The notes beneath the pieces were generated by a model. It was given only the letters and a program-made list of their open reading frames with translations, did not search any database and had not been told where the DNA came from. Of a stretch of 32,000 nucleotides of DNA, positions 31,897-32,000 are shown piece by piece. The position numbers and the translations under genes are program-made. Position 1 is the first letter of the stretch. Each line of letters starts with the position of its first letter. Origin of the DNA: an uncultured Alphaproteobacteria bacterium (GTDB lineage Bacteria > Pseudomonadota > Alphaproteobacteria > Rhizobiales > Aestuariivirgaceae); assembly GCA_963789175.1 (NCBI GenBank), contig CAWBJO010000009.1, positions 138,218 through 170,217 on the forward strand, in the 5' to 3' direction.

Positions 31897-32000
31897 CTTC
31901 TCCTCGCTCTCGATGTCTTCGGCCGGATCCTGCTCCCAGAATTTGAATTCGGGCGGGCGCGCCAGGCCGGCGGTTTCGTCCTCGCCGTCGGGCCTGGCCA

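Noticed and set aside
1-32000. Scan for CRISPR arrays, IS elements/transposases, rRNA, tRNA, toxin-antitoxin or known defence-system genes
   Set aside because: No regularly spaced repeats, terminal inverted repeats, transposase-like ORFs or recognisable defence domains were seen. The only accessory-type content is the GTA locus.

Overview
GC-rich alphaproteobacterial chromosome, probably Hyphomicrobiales/Rhizobiales-like judging by MucR/Ros, DUF1491, DUF2336 and FeuNPQ-like genes. The taxon call is inference. The centre of the window (about 5.9-21.9 kb, minus strand) is a complete, intact RcGTA-type gene transfer agent (GTA) cluster in the canonical g1-g15 order: candidate small terminase, TerL, portal, prohead protease, HK97-fold capsid, adaptor, stopper, terminator, tube, two chaperones, tape measure, distal tail, hub, NlpC/P60 peptidase and a 1262-aa host-specificity protein. 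Almost every junction is an ATGA/GTGA/TGATG overlap. The most interesting observation is that the operon does not stop at g15. It runs without a break into a DUF2793 tail-fibre-like gene, an 80-aa coiled-coil/TM orphan, a GH24 endolysin with a C-terminal membrane anchor, and a GTA-type 3TM holin. In the Rhodobacter paradigm these functions are encoded at separate loci. I see no integrase, repressor, replication gene or att repeat, so I call it a domesticated GTA rather than a prophage. The flanks are ordinary core genes. On the left are a Gly-rich secreted protein, a MetF-like reductase, a GlxA/AraC regulator and a PepSY/response-regulator/histidine-kinase operon. On the right are ycgN, a class A PBP with DUF1214/DUF1254 partners, DUF1491, a PG-binding protein, sufE, a PAS protein, mucR and DUF2336. 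No rRNA, tRNA, CRISPR array or IS element was seen. Many long ORFs in the track are antisense or out-of-frame shadows typical of high-GC DNA. All family assignments come from motif recognition by eye, not from searches.
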